DNA of 44,755 nt from a virus. The notes under the pieces were generated by a model. It was given only the letters and a program-made list of their open reading frames with translations, was not told where the DNA came from and ran no database searches. The stretch is from the IMG/VR virus record IMGVR_UViG_3300020215_000077, positions 1 to 44,755 of that record; one strand, 5' to 3'. The translations under genes and the position numbers were made by a program. This document shows, in pieces, positions 39,155-44,755 of the stretch. The first letter of the stretch is position 1. The number at the start of each line of letters is the position of its first letter.

Positions 39155-40200
39155 TGGCGGTCGGCGACAGCTCGCTCTTCGCAGGCGAAAGCTACCTGGG
39201 GCTTGGTCGCGAGACCACCTACGGCACCTACGCGACCGCCGGCGCCGGGCTCGACTTCATCTCGGCTGCGATCAAGACGACGAAAGACGCCAAGATCCTG
39301 GAGCAGGTCGAGCGCAAGCGGACCATGTCCAAGCAGATGTCCTTGGGCAAGACGGTCGAGGGCGAGGTCGAGGCGTACTTTACGCCCGACGTCACCGCCA
39401 TGGGCTATCTCCTGCAGAACGCGTTTGGCGGCACGGTCACCTCGGCCACCGCCACCGGCGAGACGGCGGGTGGGTCGGCGTTCACGCACACCTTCTCCGA
39501 AGGGTCGATGGACCAGACCTACAAGTCGCTCTCGGCCAACATGAGGAAGGGCCCGAGCTCGGGCGGCAAGGTCTGGCGGTATCTTGGCGGCCGGGTCAAC
39601 TCGCTTTCGCTCCAGGCCGAGCTCGACGAGCCGCTCAAGATCAACGCGGCGTTGATCTTCAAGGACTCGACCCAGCAGTCTGACGACATCGAAACCCTGA
39701 TGACGGCCACCGCCTGGGAGCCCTTGTCCTTCGTCAACGGTCGCTTCTCGGTGGAGACGAGCTTCGCGGCGCTCACCACGACCTCCTTCTGGCACGTTCA
39801 GTCGGTCAGCTTTTCGCTGAACAACAACCTGAAGAACGACACCAACGCCCGCCGCATCGGCTCCGACGTCCTCTCGGTCCTGCCGGTCGGGGTCCAGAGC
39901 TACGAGCTCTCCTGCCAGATCCGCTTCGATACCACGACGGCGTATGACGCCATGATCGCGGCGACGAAGCTGGCGGCGGAGTTCGAGTTCCAGGGGACGA
40001 CTCTCACGACCTCGTCCATCAAGCGCGGTCTCAAGGTCCAGTTCCAGAAGGTCTACGTGAAGGACGCCGGCGACCCCGAGGTCTCGGGCCCGGACGGGAT
40101 CCTCATGGCCAACGTCGTCTTCAACGTCCTGCGTGACGAGTCGGCCTCGGGCTACGCTGTCCGGGCACTCCTCACCAACTCGGTGGCGAACTACAGCTGA
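39154..40200 (+). CDS. Major tail tube protein
   Basis: 348-aa Ser/Thr-rich ORF immediately upstream of the G/G-T chaperone and the tape measure gene. Confidence 0.7.
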   Translation: MAVGDSSLFAGESYLGLGRETTYGTYATAGAGLDFISAAIKTTKDAKILEQVERKRTMSKQMSLGKTVEGEVEAYFTPDVTAMGYLLQNAFGGTVTSATATGETAGGSAFTHTFSEGSMDQTYKSLSANMRKGPSSGGKVWRYLGGRVNSLSLQAELDEPLKINAALIFKDSTQQSDDIETLMTATAWEPLSFVNGRFSVETSFAALTTTSFWHVQSVSFSLNNNLKNDTNARRIGSDVLSVLPVGVQSYELSCQIRFDTTTAYDAMIAATKLAAEFEFQGTTLTTSSIKRGLKVQFQKVYVKDAGDPEVSGPDGILMANVVFNVLRDESASGYAVRALLTNSVANYS

Positions 40201-40583
40201 TGCTCTTCGCCTTCCTCCGCCGCGGGGGCGATCTCGCGGGCCACCTGCGCCGGACAAAGAAGGTCCGGGCGGGTGGTTTCGACTTCGAGATCCGCAAGGT
40301 CAACGTCCAGGACCACCTGGCGGGCCTCAACGTCATCCTGGCCCTTCACGAGCTCTACAAGCGCGAGAAGCCTTCGTCTCCCGAGAAGCAGATCGAGGAC
40401 GACGCCAAGATCCGAAAGTTCATGCGCGACTTCCTCTATGCCGGGGTCGCCTCGCCCAAGCTCTCGATGAAGGACCCGCCCGACGAGGGGACGATCTCGG
40501 TGGACGAGCTCTGCCGGGACGTCCAGATCGCCCAAGCGCTCTGCATCGAGATTCTGAACTTCTCGTACGGAAAAAAAAACTAG
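40200..40583 (+). CDS. Tail assembly chaperone (gpG-like)
   Basis: Lies between the tube and tape measure genes and ends in the slippery run GGAAAAAAAAAC TAG. Confidence 0.8.
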   Translation: MLFAFLRRGGDLAGHLRRTKKVRAGGFDFEIRKVNVQDHLAGLNVILALHELYKREKPSSPEKQIEDDAKIRKFMRDFLYAGVASPKLSMKDPPDEGTISVDELCRDVQIAQALCIEILNFSYGKKN

Positions 40584-40762
40584 AGCGCTTCCGGTACGCG
40601 AAGGCCCGCGCCCTCGAGCTCGACTTCCTGGCGCGCCGCTACTGCCAGCTGCCCTCTGACCTCGCGAAACTCTCGCTCCCCGACTTCGGGATGAACCTTT
40701 TCATCGCCTCCGTGGCCGCTGAGGAGGAGGCGAAGAGGGCGGCAAAGCAGCATGGCAAATAA
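40200..40762 (+). CDS. Tail assembly chaperone G-T fusion made by a -1 programmed frameshift
   Basis: The -1 frame is open from the A-run to TAA at 40760-40762 (...VRKKKLERFRYAKARALE...), which overlaps the tape measure start. Confidence 0.75.
40571..40579 (+). promoter_or_regulatory. Slippery sequence A_AAA_AAA(A) for a -1 ribosomal frameshift
   Basis: Nine consecutive A residues at 40571-40579, just before the zero-frame stop TAG at 40581. Confidence 0.75.
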
Positions 40763-42860
40763 AGAGGCGACACTTCTTCTTCGGATCAAGGAAGCCGGCG
40801 CCGAGGCCCTGGGCAAGGTCAAGCTTGGCTTCGAGGCGGTGGCCACCGCTGCGGCCGTCGTCGGCACCGCACTCGTCGCCTTCGGTGTCGCCGCGGTCAA
40901 GGCCTTCGGCGAGTCCGAGGAGGCCGGCAAGCGCCTCACCCAGGCCATCAAGAACCAGGGTCTGGACGTCGATGGGCTGACCAAGAGCTACACCGCCCTG
41001 GCTGAGCAGCTGCAACGGCAGACCGTCTTCGAAGACGACGCCATCAAGTCCGCCATTGCCATCGGCCAGGCGATGGCCGGCAACATCGCCCTTACCGAGG
41101 ACCTGATTCGGGCCACGGTGGACTATGCCGCGGCTACCGGCACCGACCTCCACTCCGCCTTCGAGAGGGTGGGCAAAGCGATTGGTGGCAATGCCACGGC
41201 GCTTTCTCGAGAGCTGGGGATCGCCCTCGATGAATCCGCGAGCAAGTCGGAGAAACTGGCGCAGGTTACAGACGCCCTGACGGCAAAGTTCGACGGCTTT
41301 GCCCAGAGTCAGGCCGAGGGGCTTGGCGCCGTAAAGCAGATGTCCAATGAGGTCGGCGACCTCATGGAGATGGTCGGCGAGCTCCTGGCGCCCGCCGTCG
41401 TCGCCTCCACGCGGCAGATCAACACGGCGCTTCGGGCGTTGAAGGACATCTTCTCGGAGCTGCCAGCCCACGTCTCTGGCCTGCTACGGACGGTGACCGA
41501 CTACTGGAAGGCGTTCGCCCAGGACGGCGTTACGATCTTCGGGGGCCTGAAGGACGTCATCGCTGGCACGTTCACCTTTGACATGGAGCAGCTCCGCAAG
41601 GGCCTAGAGACCCTGAACCAGGAGACCAAGGTCTCCGCCTACGACTTCAAGCAGAGCTTCATCGACGGCTTCAACGAGCGCTCCAAGGCGTTCGAGGAAA
41701 CGATCGACAAGCAGCTCAAGGCCGAGGAGGGGGCCAACACCAAGGCGGTCGATGCCGCCAAGCGGGTGGCCGACCGGAAGAAGGCTGCCGCAGAGAAGGC
41801 GAAGGACGAGGAGATCTCGAAGATCGCCGCCAAGCAGGCCGCCGCCGACGCGAAAGCTGCTGCGGCCGCCGATGCGCTCGCCGACCAGATGGCCGCGGAG
41901 AACGTCCGGGCGAAGGAAGAGGAACTAGTCGAGATCGAGGAGGCGCAGGCGGCCGCCAACGAGCGTATGCGCCAGGCGCAACTCGACGAGATGAAGGAGC
42001 TCGGGAACTATGCCTCGTCCTTCATCTCGGGCGGTTTCCAGGACATCGCCAAGACTGCCGTCACGTCTCTTACCGAGTCCTTCCTCCCTGGCTTTGGCCA
42101 AGCCGCCGGCCAGCTCTTCTCGCTGCTGGCCCAGGACTCCGAGAAGTTCGGCGAGAGCCTGAACCAGATTTTCTCGGTCAAGTTCCTGAGCAACATCGCC
42201 CAGAACATCTCGATCTTCGCCGAGCGCCTGCCCGAGCTCATCGACTCGCTGGCCAAGGAGCTGCCGGCGATCGTGCAGAAGCTGATCGCGGCGCTGATCG
42301 AAGCCAGCCCGCAGATCATGATCGCCTTCATGAAGGCCCTGAACGACCCCGAGTTCTACGTCGCCATGGTCAAGGCGATCGCCGGCGGTGTCACCGAAGG
42401 TGTCGTCGGCGGCTTCAAAGGGTCTGTCCACGGCGCCGTCGAGGCCTTGAAGGACATCTGGAACAGCATCAAGGACCTATTCAAGATCAAGGTCGAGCTC
42501 CCCAACGTTGGCGGCGGCGGCGGCGGCGGCAAGAAGTGGTACGAGTTCAACAAGGGCGGCCTGGTGCCCGGCATCCAGAAGTTCGCCGCCGGCGGCACCG
42601 TGGACACGGTGCCGGCAATGCTGACCCCCGGCGAGTTCGTCATGAACGCCGAGGCCACCCGGCGCAACTTCAACACGCTGAAGAACATGAACGCCGGCGG
42701 CTCGGGCGGCGGCGGTGGGGGCAGCGTCACAATCAACGTCTACGGCGGTCTCCTTGGAGACGCCGCATCGGCCCGCCAGCTTGCGAAGGCCATCGACTCT
42801 GAGCTCCTGAAGCTGCGTCAGGCGAATCAGTCGGTGTCTTTCGATAGCTCTGCCTTCTGA
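40752..42860 (+). CDS. Tape measure protein
   Basis: 702 aa, Ala-rich and helical, with Gly runs near the C-terminus (GGGGGGKKW; GGSGGGGGGS). The gene follows G/G-T. Confidence 0.85.
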   Translation: MANKEATLLLRIKEAGAEALGKVKLGFEAVATAAAVVGTALVAFGVAAVKAFGESEEAGKRLTQAIKNQGLDVDGLTKSYTALAEQLQRQTVFEDDAIKSAIAIGQAMAGNIALTEDLIRATVDYAAATGTDLHSAFERVGKAIGGNATALSRELGIALDESASKSEKLAQVTDALTAKFDGFAQSQAEGLGAVKQMSNEVGDLMEMVGELLAPAVVASTRQINTALRALKDIFSELPAHVSGLLRTVTDYWKAFAQDGVTIFGGLKDVIAGTFTFDMEQLRKGLETLNQETKVSAYDFKQSFIDGFNERSKAFEETIDKQLKAEEGANTKAVDAAKRVADRKKAAAEKAKDEEISKIAAKQAAADAKAAAAADALADQMAAENVRAKEEELVEIEEAQAAANERMRQAQLDEMKELGNYASSFISGGFQDIAKTAVTSLTESFLPGFGQAAGQLFSLLAQDSEKFGESLNQIFSVKFLSNIAQNISIFAERLPELIDSLAKELPAIVQKLIAALIEASPQIMIAFMKALNDPEFYVAMVKAIAGGVTEGVVGGFKGSVHGAVEALKDIWNSIKDLFKIKVELPNVGGGGGGGKKWYEFNKGGLVPGIQKFAAGGTVDTVPAMLTPGEFVMNAEATRRNFNTLKNMNAGGSGGGGGGSVTINVYGGLLGDAASARQLAKAIDSELLKLRQANQSVSFDSSAF

Positions 42861-42869
42861 GGGACTACG

Positions 42870-43649
42870 ATGGAGATCCTGCGAAAGAACTACGCTGAGA
42901 CCACCACCCAGTTCGTGGTGAACTCCAACACGGCGACCGTGGCCAACGTCCTAAACCCGGACGTGCGCTTTCAGTACGCGTCGGACAACTTCACCGACGA
43001 CAACACCACGGTTTCGATGCGGATCAACTTCGATCAGACCCAGACGATCGACCGCATCGCCTTGGTGGGCCATAACCTGAAGTCGTTCACCGTCTACTAC
43101 AACGGGACGACGGCAAGCACGTTCGCCCTGACCTCGACGGCCAACACCTCAGCGTCCAACTACTCGACCAACTCCGACACGTCCCACTACTTCGCCTTTT
43201 CGCCCGTGGCCTGCACCTCGGTCTCGATCGACATGAAGGCCACGATCACGCCGAACCAGAACAAGACCCTTGGGTATCTGGTCATCTCCGATAAGCGCAC
43301 GGACTTCGGCGGTCGGGTCCCGTCTGCCCAGAACTACAAGCCAGTTCTCGACACCCAGGCGGTGGTCCACCGGCTCTCTGACGGCGGGACGCGCATCCAG
43401 ACGCTCGAGGACAAGTGGGCGGTGCAGCTCTCGCTCGACTTCGTCACCGAGACGGTCCGGTCCGAGCTCCGGTCCATCTTCGATGACCATGAGGAAGTCA
43501 TCTTTTGCCCCTTCGGGACCACCACCGGCTGGGATGCGGTCGTATTCCCGTGTGTCTGGGAGGGGGGCTTTAACTTCTACCAGCACTCGGACAACGCCGC
43601 TGACGCCGGCTTCTCGGGGTCCTTGGTCCTAAGGGAGACCCCGCAGTGA
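42870..43649 (+). CDS. Distal tail protein (Dit)-like, with an N-terminal beta-sandwich domain that may bind carbohydrate
   Basis: Lies directly after the tape measure gene. IDRIALVGHNLKSFTVYYNG resembles discoidin/galactose-binding-like strands. Confidence 0.5.
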   Translation: MEILRKNYAETTTQFVVNSNTATVANVLNPDVRFQYASDNFTDDNTTVSMRINFDQTQTIDRIALVGHNLKSFTVYYNGTTASTFALTSTANTSASNYSTNSDTSHYFAFSPVACTSVSIDMKATITPNQNKTLGYLVISDKRTDFGGRVPSAQNYKPVLDTQAVVHRLSDGGTRIQTLEDKWAVQLSLDFVTETVRSELRSIFDDHEEVIFCPFGTTTGWDAVVFPCVWEGGFNFYQHSDNAADAGFSGSLVLRETPQ

Positions 43650-44755
43650 CGGCGACCCTATGGGATGCCAATAACTGGGACAACGAGCTCACCTGGGACG
43701 ATGGCACGGCCACGATCCTGGAGATGATCAAGCGGCCCCACGTCCGCGTCTTCCGCCGCGCCTACATTAAGCGCCGGCTCCTGGCCACCGGGCTCTTCGA
43801 GACCGACTGGTACGAGATCACCCGAGACGTCAAACGCTGGGGGTCGATCAACAGCAACATCGACGTCGAGCGGGTGGGAAAGCTCGACTTCAATGGCCTG
43901 CAGCTCGTTGTCTCTAACATCGACGGTAGCTACAACCCGGACGACAACGAGGACTCGCTGTGGTCGGGATACGCCAACCAGCAACGATCCCTGGTCAAGA
44001 TCGAGTGCGGCTTCTACAACCAGTACCGGAGCGTGGACGGGGTCTGGCGGACCGACGAGGTGCCCGAGGATCCCACCGTCTTCGTGGGTATCATCTCGGG
44101 CAACATCGACGTCTCGGACGCCAACGAGGTCACGCTCGAGATCCAGCCGGTCACCCAGGTCTTCCGCGACTTCCCAGCGCATCTCGTCACCGGCTTCACG
44201 AGCACGGGGATCACGGCCAGCCAGTACATCCAGCTCCTCAGGGACCTGACCTCGGGTGCTGGCACCTACGTCTTCCGGCCGTTCTTTGGCAACGACTCGG
44301 CCTACTTCGAGCTCACCTCGACGAGCCAGGTCTATGCTGGCCTGAATACCAGTACCGCAGCCGACTTCTACCAGATGACCGTCTGGGACGTGGTGGAGCG
44401 TCTGGCGCAGGCCGAGAACTTCGTGGCCTACATCACACCCACCGGGAAGTTCCGGTGGGTGCCGAAGACCGTCTCCGCCTCGACGCAGTATAAGTTCTTC
44501 GGCTTGGGGTTCAGCCCGGATCGTGAGTACGGACACACGCTGAAGCGGATCTACCGTTACGGGAAGAAGCTCACGAGCTTCTACTCGCGCGTCGCCGTGA
44601 AGTACGACAAGGCCGACACCAGCACGTCGTTCGTTAGCACCGCCCTGGCCTTTGCCATCGACGGCACCAACACCGCCTGGAACCTGGGTTACCGGACCTT
44701 CTCGGTCGAGAACTTCTGGATCCCGAACAGCGCCACGGCGGCGTCCGTCTGCGGG
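43646..44755 (+). CDS. Tail hub/Tal-like protein, N-terminal part (continues at 2..394 across the junction)
   Basis: GTG 43646 overlaps the upstream stop (GTGA). Hand translation (VTATLWDANNWDNELTWDDG...) is open to the window end. The ORF is absent from the track because it has no stop inside the window. Confidence 0.8.
   Translation, partial: MTATLWDANNWDNELTWDDGTATILEMIKRPHVRVFRRAYIKRRLLATGLFETDWYEITRDVKRWGSINSNIDVERVGKLDFNGLQLVVSNIDGSYNPDDNEDSLWSGYANQQRSLVKIECGFYNQYRSVDGVWRTDEVPEDPTVFVGIISGNIDVSDANEVTLEIQPVTQVFRDFPAHLVTGFTSTGITASQYIQLLRDLTSGAGTYVFRPFFGNDSAYFELTSTSQVYAGLNTSTAADFYQMTVWDVVERLAQAENFVAYITPTGKFRWVPKTVSASTQYKFFGLGFSPDREYGHTLKRIYRYGKKLTSFYSRVAVKYDKADTSTSFVSTALAFAIDGTNTAWNLGYRTFSVENFWIPNSATAASVCG
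44638..44755. repeat. Terminal direct repeat, right copy (identical to 1..118)
   Basis: Exact 118-nt match to the window start. Confidence 0.95.

Overview
This 44,755-nt window looks like a complete, circularly closed genome of a temperate, high-GC, siphovirus-type phage. It has a tail tube, a G/G-T chaperone and a tape measure but no sheath. The lipobox lipoproteins and the lytic-transglycosylase endolysin suggest a Gram-negative-type host. The first and last 118 nt are identical and a tail gene reads in frame across the junction, so the unique length is 44,637 bp.

Nearly all genes are on the + strand and are tightly coupled through ATGA/GTGA/TGATG overlaps and G-rich Shine-Dalgarno (SD) sequences. 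Gene order:
- tail hub-like gene (wraps the junction)
- 5-gene sugar (nonulosonic-acid-type) biosynthesis/transfer operon
- tail fibre and a lipoprotein
- lysis region: small membrane proteins, an opposite-strand HNH homing endonuclease, an SLT endolysin and a secreted trypsin-like protease
- phosphoesterase/nuclease cluster plus Lar
- HTH regulators and a minus-strand HigB/HigA-like pair next to an AT-rich operator
- about 15 small early genes
- a moron region containing a lipoprotein
- CI-like/Cro-like switch
- RecT and replication genes
- a Cas7/RAMP-like gene followed by a ~700-bp G-skewed non-coding repeat tract
- xis, int and attP
- a minus-strand RHH plus membrane-protein pair
- TerS and TerL
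- portal-MuF fusion, Mu gpI-like protease/scaffold, decoration protein and capsid
- connector proteins
- a Maf/DUF115-like gene
- tube, G/G-T (-1 frameshift), tape measure and Dit-like protein

Most interesting:
1. A flagellin-glycosylation-island-like gene set sits inside the tail module: a NeuB-like synthase, a cytidylyltransferase-GT2 fusion, a radical SAM/SPASM enzyme, a methyltransferase and a Maf-like transferase.
2. A solitary RAMP/Cas7-like ORF lies immediately upstream of a pentamer-periodic, G-rich, GGCA-dense non-coding tract.
3. Perfect 19-23-nt direct repeats bracket single small early genes.

All functional calls come from motif recognition by eye. No database search or computation was run, and start codons of small genes are provisional.
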